This document shows, one piece after another, positions 46,284-59,172 of a stretch of 64,000 nucleotides of DNA. The first letter of the stretch is position 1. Each line of letters begins with the position of its first letter. The notes below the pieces were generated by a model. It saw nothing but the letters and a program-made list of their open reading frames with translations, was not told where the DNA came from and ran no database searches. Source of the stretch: Eledone cirrhosa (lineage: Eukaryota); assembly GCA_964016885.1 (NCBI GenBank), contig OZ024743.1, positions 301,258,001-301,322,000 on the forward strand. Reading direction: 5' to 3'. Made by a program: the position numbers and the translations under genes.

Positions 46284-47931
46284 CTAGCTGATTTACCCGG
46301 CGTTGCTCAGGGTTTGAAATTATGCTAAGAATATACAGCTAGGAAGTAAAAGAAGAACATTATTTGTACCCAACCTGTCAAATTAGCAGAAGAATTCAAT
46401 AATTAATGTAAACGAATATTTAGTGCAATCTTTGTACACATAAAACTATGTTGATAATGAAGGAAAACACTGAACAGGATGTAGTTATACAAATTATTAA
46501 AGACAATACATGTTGCAAATCTGTAAAAAAAACAGGCAGTTTTGCTAAAGTACAAAAAGTTGTAATGAAAGCAGAGTTGTATACAAACAACAAAAACAAT
46601 GAGAGTAGAATAAGAGAAAATCTATTCTTTGAGAGCATCCTTTGCTGTATATGGTTACATTTTGAACTTATAATCCAAAATATCCTGCATGACATATTCA
46701 TTGGTATGTTTTATAATGAGTAAGGTAAAGTCAAGGCAGAGTTGTAATAAGTCTTTTTGTTAAAACTAAAGCCCTTCAGGATAGACGATATTCTTTGTTT
46801 TTCTTTTCGGAACAAACGCAAAGAGATTATTTCGACTGCCAACTCGTGAGCAGGCAACGTAGAATTGTCCACTGACGGACAGATTTTGACCTTGCGACTT
46901 GTTTATGGACATTGCAAAGGCAACACGAAGTGGAAATTGGGTTCGGCGAATGGAGACGGGAGTATCCACGCCTGATATAGTCAGGCTAAATTCTGTTATT
47001 ATCACATCCTCGCCTTTTCCACATCCGGATAGAATGGTAGCGTCAATACTAAGTGGAGACAGTTTTTTAACCACAAGGCGTGTTCCATTGCATACTTTTG
47101 GAGGAGTGATATTTCTCAGCAAAATAACTGGCGTTCCCTCTTTCAGAACCAATGTATTAGGAGGTAAACCAGGAGAATTTAGAAATTCAACTGGATAGTA
47201 GACCGCATCCTGTGGATCACATACAGTATCAATAGATTTATATATCCGTGGACATCCAGGAAGAATCCTGTTCAGTATGTCCTTCATTGTCAAAAAACGT
47301 TGATGTGTACGAATACAGCTTGAAGCATAGATAATGTCTGCCTCAAATGTAGACGAAATAACTTTAAAAACGGAAAAGCTGTAGATCCCAATGGTTGAAT
47401 GGAAAGTCCCATAAGGATTGTTCTAAAATAAACAAACCATCATCAAAATGTCATCAATTCGAGACTGCTGCGAAATTAGGCCCTTACCGCGAAAATTAAC
47501 ACTTAATATAGTGAAACAAATTAAAACAACAAATGTTCTTTTTAACTTTGGAAATGCAACAAAGAATAAACAAGAAACAAACGATAATATTAGTGATTTA
47601 TCTACATAAGAATCTGTTGTTTTTATTTCTGAAATTTCGTCCGACGATGATTGTTGTGTGAAAATTGAAAACGAAGGTCTCCATATCTCACTCTCTTTAT
47701 AAGGATTGTCAATAAAGATGGTTATCTCCCTTACATCAATTTTGCTACCGATAATTTTGATATCGATTTGTTATTGCTCAACGTGGGTCGATTGGAAAAA
47801 TGTTTGTGATGTGACCATCTTAGCGACGTGTGCAACGTGCACATAACATTTTTACATAATTGTAAAAGCCTTATGTATCCAAAGTTGAACACAGACACAC
47901 ACACACATCCTCGCTTTTATAAATATGAAGA
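46284..47931 (-). mobile_element. Non-autonomous Helitron with intact termini
   Basis: 5' A|TC at 47931, 3' hairpin ccctgagcaacgccggg followed by CTAG|T at 46284, internal helicase fragment. Confidence 0.88.
46766..47293 (-). pseudogene. Helitron PIF1-family helicase C-terminal fragment
   Basis: YPVEFLNS..GLPP..L.LKEGTPVILLRN..CNGTRL..RRTQFPLRVAFAMSINKSQGQ..GQFYVACSRV..TKNIVYPE. Confidence 0.92.
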
Positions 47932-48659
47932 TACTGGTTTAATTTCAAGTTAAATCAAATATATATATATATATTGCGCGCGTGTTTGTCTCATAATGTA
48001 TGTGTGATTGTATGGAATGGAGACTAGCATTCGATTTAACTTAACATTAAACCATTTAGTTACAGGTAAACATAAACACCAAACCAAATATCCCTTCAAA
48101 AAAGATCTAAATACCGAACGCCCTTCTTTGTCCGTAAATTTCCATAAACATGTCGAATGCAACAAACATTCGTATGGAGATCAGTGATTTCTTCAGGGTG
48201 CAGGGGTTGTATTACGCAGTTTCTATTTACCGATTATCTGTATGACCGTGCGTACGGAATGACATGGTGTAAAAAGAATCACAAATAGCAGAATTAATAT
48301 CTATTCAGTTTATCAGTGTATATTTCTATCTGGTATTGTATGTGTATTATTAATTTAGTTAATAAGTAAATTACCGTAAATAATTAAAAATGTGTTCATT
48401 TAATTCTGCAATGCCTGTGCGTGAGGAGTTTTTTTTAAAGTGAGGAAAGACGGGGCAGGGTGCAAATCCCACTCTCTGGGCGACAGTAGCTATAACCCGA
48501 AAAGAAAGAAAGGGCAACATAATCGGTAACTACTGAGCCGCAAGTTTATGCCGGAATTATCCCAATTTCCCGAGTTGCAATCTCCTAGAAGAATGCCCTG
48601 ACAAATTGTAGGGGTCCTTCACTCACAGTGGTTCAGCCGCGCAATATACATACGCAAGC

Positions 48660-48693
<34 letters not shown>

Positions 48694-49491
48694 TGCAACT
48701 CAATTCCGAATAATCCTATCACTTGATTGATACTATACTTGGATGTCAGATATCAAATGATGCATGTGTTTGAGGTTTCTTTTCACTGAGGAAAGGATTT
48801 GCACGCAGCCAATCCATGATCATCGAATGCATTTACTTAAAAGGTAGAAGTCTACGTTATTAGATGCAAAATAAGTCTCAGGTCTTAGATCAGAGGAACC
48901 ATCTCCTAGAGAGATGTAGTAATGAAGGTGATGGTGCTCTCACTCTAGTACCCCCCCCCCCCAAAAAAAAAGAGAGAAAAACGAAAATAAAATTATTTGG
49001 TGGACATTCCCTATCATGATTTTCTTCGCCTTTTGATGGATTTTGCTTTTCCTCCTTCAGCATGTCCAAAATCATCCTCCATCCTCAACCAAACGTGGTA
49101 GGTTTTCCAGTTTAGTAGCCGATGACCCGACAATTCGCTGTTTGTTCTTGGTAACTTGTTACAAGTAGTGTTGAAGAGCAACCTGACACATGCATACATA
49201 CATATATACAAACAAAGATACATATCGAGTAGTAGTCTTAATGCTCAATCCTTCGCCGTGTTTAATACTAACATATCCTAATTAGTGCATTTAAAATATT
49301 ACAGCCTGTTCCATAACATCCGTCTAGGTTATCCTTGTCGTTTTTGAGTGAACAGCTAATTGTTTCATACGAAATAAATGCTTATATTCACAGTCAACCT
49401 CTTATACATTATTAAATTTGTGTCCACTGGGTGTTGATCTGAAGTGTTATTCATCTTCTCACTCGCAACTCCCTTCTAGCCTGTCAAATGG

Positions 49492-49525
<34 letters not shown>

Positions 49526-49530
49526 TCATA

Positions 49531-49723
49531 TAGGAACATGTTTGACCCCGACGACAGAGCTCAAGCCGTTTCGACGGCTTTTTTCTAGTCCAGAAATAGC
49601 CGTCGAAACAACTTCAGCTCTGCCGTCGGTGTCAAACATTTTCCTATTACGCACTCTACTACACTAAGTATTGTGTACTCTGGTGCGTTATGGTCCATCT
49701 GGTTCCTTACCACACCGCCTTCG

Positions 49724-49725
<2 letters not shown>
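49531..49725. mobile_element. Miniature family A element
   Basis: Inverted short arm followed by tailed arm. Confidence 0.88.
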
Positions 49726-49785
<60 letters not shown>

Positions 49786-49945
49786 ATTCTTGTGTACATA
49801 TGTGTGAGACCGTACTTCGTGCACGTGCCTGCTCCATTCAGTTATCTCAAACATCCCGATGTCTCCTATTCATTTTGTTATTTTTTATATATATTGTACA
49901 CACAAACACGCACGCACACACTTTCTCTCTCTCTCACTCTCTCTC

Positions 49946-50013
<68 letters not shown>

Positions 50014-50520
50014 TCTTTATATCTCAGATAAATTTCGAAGCCAACAAACCTTTATCTCAATAGAGACAGCATCGGATGTTAGATGCCACCATCCTTATTT
50101 CCAGAAACAGGTCACATGCCAGTGAGATTCCTGTTTAACGTGTTACTGGAACAAACTTGATAATATGCATCTATATTTAGCATCGATCTAATTATCTGTA
50201 TATCTCGTCCTGGCTACATTCACACATGCACGCATATGCTCTCAAATACAAGCACACACACTCTCATATAAATGTATATTGAATATTAAATTACTTGATA
50301 TTCAAAATGCGTAACTCTTTCAAAGTTTCTAAAAGTAGTTTATATATACTTATATATATAATCTTAGCTAGAGAGGTTGATTGATACACGCACATAGACA
50401 AACACGCACACACGCACACGCACACACATACACACACACACAGACACACACACATACACATATATATATATATATATACAATATTAAATAAATGGAAAAC
50501 TATATTTATAAAACCATATT

Positions 50521-50586
50521 TATTTCATTATATATATTTCGGGGATATCATATTAACAATATGCTATGCCTTCATCAGACAAAATA
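50521..50586 (-). ncRNA. Hammerhead motif in the inverted pLTR
   Basis: Inverted copy of 53813-53878. Confidence 0.8.
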
Positions 50587-50946
50587 CAATATAAACAGTT
50601 TTATAGATAAATATATTCGACATACCGTAATAAACATCAACTTCATTTGAAGAGGTTTACGCTAGCAGTGAAAATACAGAGAGAAAGAAAGAGAGAAAGA
50701 AAAGAGGGAAAAACGTAAGAAAGAAAGACAAAACGAAGAAAAGGAAGAAAAAGAAGAAAAAGAAAAAGAAGAAATGCATGGAACAAAATAGAGAGATGGA
50801 AAAATAGATAAAGCGAAGAGCATCATGTAAAGAGACAGAAAGATATATATATATAGAGAGAGAGAGGAAATAGAGATAGATACATATATATATATAGAAA
50901 ATTAGGTAGTGGGAGGTCATTTTGAGTAAGTGTATCAATGATACAT

Positions 50947-50981
<35 letters not shown>

Positions 50982-51033
50982 GCTCAAGTATTAATGTAAG
51001 AGAGATATATAGAGAGATATAGAGAGATATAGT

Positions 51034-52376
51034 GAAACTAGGAAAACTTTGATAGAATTTAATGACAAATTATGGACCAGAGCAGATAGAGATAGCAATT
51101 TTGACATAACTATGGGATCTTCCGACTCAGCTCAGGTAACTGACCTTGTGGGCTTATTTTTAATCAATTCGCTACATAGGAAAATACCTGGTACTACCGG
51201 AGGTTTATATAGGGATGACATGCTTTTACTTATTAATAATAATAACCCTGAACTAAATAGAAAATGTAAACAAATTACAAAATTTTTTAATTACTTTAAC
51301 CTTAAAATAGAAATTGAGAACAACCATAGAATAGTCAATTTCCTAGATATAACATTAAATCTCAACACATGTCTCCACTATCCTTTTCACAAGTTGAATG
51401 AAAACTTAAACTATGTCAACTTTAACTCTAACCACCCCAGATCTGTCAAAAACACTATAGTAAACTCAGTCCCAAAACGTATCTCTAGGATCTCGTCGAA
51501 TAGAAAGATTTTTGACGAAAAGGCCCAATACTATAATGATGCACTAGCTAGGGCAGGGTATGCTGATAAGATTGTGTACATAGATAATGATAGACAAACT
51601 AAACAAAGTAACAACTTTTTTAATTACGGCAACAACATTAACAACTATAATAGAAAGCATTACAATAATTCCAAAGGACAAAAAAGAAATAGAACTAGGA
51701 ACATAATTTGGTTTTCCCCCCTTTCTCACTAAACATTAAAACCCACATCGCTAAATTATTTTTCAAAGCTCTTGATAATCGCTTCCCTACAACACATAGG
51801 TATCACTCAATCTTCAATAGGCATACAATTAAATTAACCTACTCATCCACCAAAAATTTAGCACAAAATATTAATAGAATAAATAATAGGAACTTAAAAC
51901 CTACTGATAATAGCATAAATAATATACAAGTTAACAAATGTAACTGTAGAGATAGATCTAAATGTCCGTTAAATAACAACTGCTTAGTTAAAAATATAGT
52001 ATACAATTGTAATGTTAATACTGACTCTAATTCTTTTAACTACGTCGGTTCCACATCGACGGAATTTAAACTTCGCTATAATAACCACAAGAATTCTTTC
52101 ACAGATCCAAATAAAAAATCTTCAACGGCACTATCAGGGGTACTCTGGCAACTTAAGCTAGATAACGTTAGATATTCGACGGCTTGGAATATAGTATCAA
52201 GGGGGATTCCTTTTAATTCATCCTCTGAGACATGTGACCTCTGCGCAGAGGAGATATTCTTTATACTAAAATCTAAAAATTCCCTTAACCTACGGACAAA
52301 TTTATTCAGTTGTTGCAAACATAGATTAAACTCAACGTTTAAATATAAATTTAAATTTAAAATGAAGTATATTTAG
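51034..52376 (+). pseudogene. PLE RT + GIY-YIG, one frameshift near 51715
   Basis: FDITMGSSDSAQ, GLYRDD, NIIWF/PPFS, CNCRDRSKCPL, IVY..YVGST, CDLCAEE, CCKH. Confidence 0.92.
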
Positions 52377-53421
52377 TTTGATTTATATTTATATGAGAAC
52401 TAGCCGATAAATCTTTTGATTCCTAAATCTTTGATTCCCTCTTTTTACTCTTTTTATTGTTTATTTTATTTTATTTATTTTTATTTTTATCTAAACATTC
52501 CTCATGAAAAATTAAGCTACCCTAAAAGCCGATGCTCCAAATTTTTTGAATTAACCTTACACTAGATAAACTTCTATATTAAATATAGGAACATATGTAG
52601 ACATTATTGGACATCATAATCTTTTTGCGATATTCTTTGCTAGATGTGATTTGATAGATAATGTTTGGCTTTGTCTTGTAATGAACTTGGCAATATATTG
52701 TCAATTAACTTTGAAGGGTTGTTCTTTGTGGTTTATTTTTATTTTCATTTTTATTTATTTTTATTTTTATTTTTATTCTTTTAGTATTGTAGTATTCTAT
52801 AATATTTTTATTTTTTATTTTATTTTTAATATTTTTATATGTAAATTTTTAATACGTAATATTTTTTAATACGTAGTATTTTTAATATGCAATATTTTTA
52901 TTATATAATATTCTTTCGTAATATTTTTTTAGTTTTCTATTCTATATTTTTATATATTTTTACTTATTATTATTATTATTGTTATCTTTGTTTATAATAT
53001 AATATATATTTTCGATTAGTATATTGAAATCTGCTCTCTATTTCTGCTTGATAGATAATCTTGTAGAGTAATCGCAAGAATAATAATACGCTCAAACTTT
53101 TATACCACTTTGAGAATGTTTTCCGGTAATTTAGAGTTTGCGGAGTGAATCAGTTGGATTCACGTTGATGTTTGTAGCTGTCACATAAACATGTGAATTT
53201 TTTAAAACTAAACATAAGATATTGAATTTTCACACATTGTGAATACTTGTTTCATTCAGGAATACTGATATTTACAATATAGTGTAAGTTTTATAAATAC
53301 TAATACATTAAAACATAGGGTTTTCTACGCCTCGAATATGTCTGGCTATTTTTAAATTTTTTTTCTCTGTATATATCTCTCTATATCTCTCTATATATCT
53401 CCCTTACATTAATACTTGAGC

Positions 53422-53452
<31 letters not shown>

Positions 53453-53812
53453 ATGTATCATTGATACACTTACTCAAAATGACCTCCCACTACCTAATTT
53501 TCTCTATATATATATGTATCTATCTCTATTTCCTCTCTCTCTCTATATATATATATCTTTCTGTCTCTTTACATGAAGCTCTTCGCTTTATCTATTTTTC
53601 CATCTCTCTATTTTGTTCCATGCATTTCTTCTTTTTCTTTTTCTTCTTTTTCTTCCTTTTCTTCGTTTTGTCTTTCTTTCTTACGTTTTTCCCTCTTTTC
53701 TTTCTCTCTTTCTTTCTCTCTGTATTTTCACTGCTAGCGTAAACCTCTTCAAATGAAGTTGATGTTTATTACGGTATGTCGAATATATTTATCTATAAAA
53801 CTGTTTATATTA

Positions 53813-53878
53813 TATTTTGTCTGATGAAGGCATAGCATATTGTTAATATGATATCCCCGAAATATATATAATGAAATA
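53813..53878 (+). ncRNA. Minimal type I hammerhead ribozyme
   Basis: TATTTTGT-CTGATGA-AGGCATAGCATATT/AATATGATATCCCC-GAAA-TATATA-TA-ATGAAATA. Confidence 0.8.
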
Positions 53879-54006
53879 AATATGGTTTTATAAATATAGT
53901 TTTCCATTTATTTAATATTGTAAATATACTCCAAATATTTGTCGAGTGCTTTTATATCAGTTATAAATATTTACTAGTTGTAACCCAACAATTTTAAATA
54001 TAACTT

Positions 54007-54045
<39 letters not shown>

Positions 54046-55097
54046 ATAGATAGATATATATTTAAAAAGTAGGGGAGAAAGAGAAAGGGGACTAGATATT
54101 TGAGGTTCAGTTTTGAGTTAGATAAACAGTGATAACTGTTATTTAGAATTCTACAAAATAGAAGGTACTTGGTCGTACTTATGGTTGGGAAATCAATAAT
54201 GTGGGCTAGAAACACATAGTGGGTGGTTACTACAGCATTTCCTGTGTGCTAGATACATATAGATGTTAGAAATGTGTCGGACTACTAACTTGTTTTAGTG
54301 TTTCCATGTGTGAGAAAAATGTTATAGAAGATAAAGTTTTATAGTAAAGAGTGGATATACTCTTGGAATATCATGTGCTTTGCCGTTCTATAGTTGTTAC
54401 TGAAGGTTCTTCCAAGGAATTTTAAAATTTCCCAAGTTAGTCCGTCATTAGGTGATAGAATGAGAATGAAAATAGTTAACCGCATGCGGGAGAGGAGTGA
54501 GAATAATAAAGAAATGCGTAAATAAATTGGTGAAGTGTTTGAGAACATCTCATTGAGATCGTTGAAGTAGTTCTGCGTGGATATTTGTTTTTTTCTTATA
54601 GCTACGAAAATATATGATAGAGATAAATCTTATATATGTTTATATCACATAACGTACCTATGAAAAAAAGAATCCCACCAACGTAGCAATTTTTGTTAAA
54701 AAGGAAAATTGAGAAGATTTACATTGCTGGAATATAAGACATTCATTCCGCTAGCCCTCAGGTTGTCTAAATCTATTAAGGTTATTCGATTCTAATATAT
54801 ATTCTCATGTTTAGATTATTATACACTTTCAGCTAACGTTGTTGAAATGCCTAATGTTTAGGTTATGAATGTAGGTGCAAAAGAAATCATTTTGAAACGG
54901 AATTAATGTCGATGGTGATATACACCAGACATTGATTGTGTGTAATTCATTTACATTTACATGTGACTTGCCATACGCTAATATTGATTAGTCATTGAAT
55001 TAATGTTTGTGAGATTGAAGTACTAAGGTTTTTTTAAAGTTCATATACTTACACACACACATACACACAGACACCACACACACTTATTTGTATATAT

Positions 55098-55264
55098 AAC
55101 AAGGGAGGGTGTGGTAAGATAACAGGTGGACCATAATGCAACAGAGTACTCAATACTTAAGGTAGTAGATAGGGTAGAAGGAAAAATATCAGGACCCCGA
55201 CGGCTGAGCTCCGGCCGTTTCGACAGCTAGATCCGAAGGGTTCGGATGTAGCTGTCGAAAGGGC
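55098..55264. mobile_element. Miniature family A element, short arm interrupted
   Basis: Tailed arm followed by the fold-back cgacagctagatccgaa-ggg-ttcggatgtagctgtcg. Confidence 0.82.
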
Positions 55265-55700
55265 AATTTTGTATTTCTAAATAAATACGGTATGTATATA
55301 AATGAACTGGTTATAATCAGGACGATCCTTCACGCTCTTGCAACTGATGGACTTGAAAATAGGCGACAACATATAGTTTTCTCGTCTATGTAAATTAAGT
55401 GATTAATCTCGTTTGCCTATGCAAACGATATAATAGTTGGAGGAAGTTATAATAGAATAGAATTAGAAGTTACACAGACGAGAAAACTATATATTCTCAC
55501 CTGTTTTCAAGTCCAGTAATTGCAAGATTCAGAGTGATCGTCCTGATTAGAACCAGTTCAGTTCGAAATGCCTCGCCGATTGTCCTCCTTGCTTCTGCTG
55601 GACACCGCCAGGTGACGATATCTGCCGGTGCTTTTGCATAGCTACGGCTTTCAGAATGTTTATTTATAAACATACCGTATTTATTTAGAAATATGAAATT
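55265..55700. repeat. Imperfect inverted-repeat element
   Basis: 55265-55393 is an inverted copy of 55470-55700. The right arm has ~95 nt extra internally. Confidence 0.72.
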
Positions 55701-55921
55701 CCAATACATATCTGCATACAGATCAGCTCGAAGTAAAATTATAATTCCATTATATATAGCAAAATTGCAGGGTTAGAATATAACCAACGGCGGAACGGGC
55801 AGAGAATGACAATGGAAGAAAGTGGGTCTAAAGCATGAGATAAAACATGAGAATGGTATCGATAGAGTAATGGAGATAGGGAGATATAGAGGGGGGGGGG
55901 GGCATAGAGAGAGAGAGAGAG

Positions 55922-56004
<83 letters not shown>

Positions 56005-57390
56005 TGTGGGAGGGAAATGAGATCGCTGGAGGAGATATATTGGACAACTGCGAAACACATTAAATAATGGAGAGAGTAAGATGAATGCAAACTATTGAGA
56101 AGTATGGAACAGTTAGTGTGATTAGTGTCTCATCAGATCCTTTCTAGACCACATGATTTCAGGCGGCAACAGAGAAGGTGAGATCGCTGTAAAATACTCC
56201 ATCAACATTATATTTGCGTCCCGAATAGATATTAAATCAGAAATATGCTTAGCACATTTAAATAATTGTTACATATGAAGGAACGTTTTAGACCACTTTT
56301 CAATCTTACAACAGTAATAAGAGCAACTGTAATAAGAGGAAATATATAATAAAATTATATTTAAATTTGCACCAAAACATTCATAAGTTAATAACTAATG
56401 ACAACAATTAATAAACTACTCGTATGAATTACCATGTACTATATTATCAATTGTCATTAGATGCTAGCTTTCTACAATTGTCAGGTCAGATCTTAATTGG
56501 AGTAGAGCACATTTATTTGAGACAGTTAGACTTCAAGATACTCAACCAAACTATTTAACGTTCAGATGTAGTACAATCGTCAACTAATTAGGCAAGAAAT
56601 TAACACAAAAGATGCTATAATTGTATGTTTACATATAGATTCTATCTTGTCTGCTCCACATTTAAACGTACTACATTTGACTCCAATTTCAGGTAATATT
56701 TAGCTGCATATATGTTTACAGTAACAACAACTTGTATTCCGTATCTTTCAGAGGCCCCATTAAAACATAATCCAATCACATTGGTCAAATCTTCAATTCT
56801 TTAGATTGTTTATCTTTATAAGTAATTGCATTTTTTTAACTACAATGAATTTTTCTCACCGACAGTTAATAAAACAAATAAAACACATATGTTGTAATTT
56901 GCTTTTGCTTTCTGAAGAATAAGCTTTCGTAATTAATATAGTTTCATATATAATTATCACAAAATGAAAGAGTCAGACAGTTATCATTATTAACAACACT
57001 ATCGATATCATCATTTTAATTACTATAACCAGCACTAATACCACCACCACCACCACCAACAACAACACCATCAACAACAACACCGTCAACACCACCACTA
57101 ACACAATCACTAACGCCACTACAAACGTCGCCACCACCAGCACGACTTCTTTGAATAACACCTCCTCTGACCACCAACAGCACAACCAGCCACAACAACA
57201 GTATAATTATCAGCAGTAGAAGCAGAAAATCAATAACTGATCATTACCGCCTTTATCATTACCCTAGCCATTATATCGTCCGGAATTTTATAAAATGCAA
57301 CCAAGTATCATTGTCATATTCATCAAAGTATAAATTATCACCATTAATATTATTACTAACAGAATCTTCGATGTCATAATGACAATAATT

Positions 57391-57771
57391 GTTTCTACGA
57401 TTGGCACAAGGCCAGCAATTATCCAATGTATTAGTGGTACTTTATTTTATCGACCCCGTGAGGATGAAAGGCAAAGTTAGCCTCGACGGGATTTGAACTC
57501 AAATCAATAAAGGGACGTAACTCTTTGCTGCAAAGCATGGTGTAATGATAATAATGGTTTCTTGTATAGGCACAAGGCCTGCAATTTTGAGGGAGGGGAA
57601 AGTCGATTATATCGACCCCAGTGCGTGACTGGTACTTTATTTTATCGACACCGTAAGGATGAAAGGCAACGTTAACCTAGGCGGAATTTTAACTCAGATC
57701 ATAAAGGGGCGTAACTCTGTGCTGCAAAGCATGGCGTCCGACCCTCTACCAATACTGCCAATCCACCGCCC
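57391..57771 (-). mobile_element. Two adjacent SINE copies (57391-57540 truncated; 57557-57771 near full length)
   Basis: Reverse complement of the SINE family, with (TAA)-like tails. Confidence 0.88.
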
Positions 57772-58261
57772 TCAAAACTGAATAATCATGATAGTAACGA
57801 TTTCTTTATTTTAATAATTATAATAATAAGTTACACTTCAACTTAGCAAAAAGCAACAATAACTGGATTATACTGTCGATCGCAACATTTACTGGTACAA
57901 ACGCAACACCAGAACCGACCCCTTTGTTATGGCTACAAGTGACTTCAAAAAGTGGACATCACTTTATATATAGACTCATACTACTGACCTTGGACCGATA
58001 CCAATGAAACAAAAACCAATTAATTTTAAGATACACACGCCACCACAGCCAATAACACAGAAGCATTTGGAAAGTAACAATTTTATAATTGATAATAATT
58101 ATTTCAACTTTAGCGACACATGGCTCACGTTAAGAAATTATTAAAGACTGGACAACGATCATTAATGATTATAATGTTAATAATCACCACACAAATTGCA
58201 CCAATTCTCTAGCGATGATATTAGGTTAAAACATCTGGGGTTAGTGCATCCTTAAATTCAC

Positions 58262-58920
58262 TAATTCTCTTTATGAGTGCTTAAATGTCGAAATGTTTAA
58301 TAACAGTGTAAAGGAGACTGGAACGTCATGTGAAAAAACTCCCAATAAGCAGGTGCTCCTTGGCTCAGCTGCAGGGATCCGGCTGTATATCCAAATACTT
58401 CTGATGGTGTAGGAAAAAGAAGGGACGAGGCATGAAAACCAATTGGACGATGGAATAGAATACAACTTTAATGAAATATTATCTGAAAAGTGAAGCCTAT
58501 AAGAAGTGCTATAGGAATCGAATATACACAACTGGAAATATATTGGTCTATCTAAATTACTTGAACAAGCCTAGTGGATAAGGATCGTGTAATAAAAAAC
58601 TAATGGGTGTATAAGCGCATTATAATTGGACGAACTGAGAAGAAAGATTAAGCTGGAAATGGCAAGTATGATAGATCAGGCATATTAGCCTGTAGAAAGC
58701 GAATTGAATCAGGCAGGTTAGTGACTAGGAAATGACGCTGAAGTGGATGAAAGATCTGAGGATGGAACCGAAGAAGACATTATCTGAAAATTGGGAGAAA
58801 TAACATGGACATCACAAGATCCGGATGGTGTGCATGGATATTGAACTAACGATATAACTATTCTCAACCCTATACAGATGGCCATAGTCAATGAGTATTA
58901 GGCGTTCGGGTAAATACAGG
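58262..58920 (+). mobile_element. Older decayed R4/Dong-like LINE fragment
   Basis: Similar to 59237-59660 (atgagtgcttaaatgtc...gaacgtcatgtga...caggga). Confidence 0.7.
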
Positions 58921-59032
58921 GGTGGTTGACAACAACAATAATAATAAAAACAACAGCAACGACAGCAACTACAACAACAACAACAACATCAACAACAGCA
59001 ATAATAATATTAATAATAATAATTGTTTATAC

Positions 59033-59105
59033 TTTTGGCACATAGCCAGCAATTACCCAGTACATTACTGGTACTTATTTTATCGACCCCGTAAGGATGA
59101 AAGCC
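59033..59105 (-). mobile_element. SINE 3' fragment
   Basis: tactggtacttattttatcgaccccgtaaggatgaaag. Confidence 0.8.
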
Positions 59106-59172
59106 AAATAATAATATTTTTTATATTTTTTATGTTTTTATTTATTTATTTATTTATTTATTTTTTTTTTTT

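Larger units (their letters stand above)
50479..54012 (+). mobile_element. Penelope-like retrotransposon, 5'-truncated, with ~550 bp inverted pLTR
   Basis: 50479-51031 is an inverted copy of 53372-53921. The 3' copy has a ~90 nt tail. RT/EN ORF lies between them. Confidence 0.93.

Noticed and set aside
50657-53742. Duplicated hydrophobic 93-aa ORFs (50657-50938 and 53461-53742)
   Set aside because: Pyrimidine-rich low-complexity pLTR sequence duplicated by the inverted repeat, with a non-ATG start.
56973-57200. Val-rich and Gly-rich ORFs
   Set aside because: Decayed (CAA/CAC)n trinucleotide repeat.
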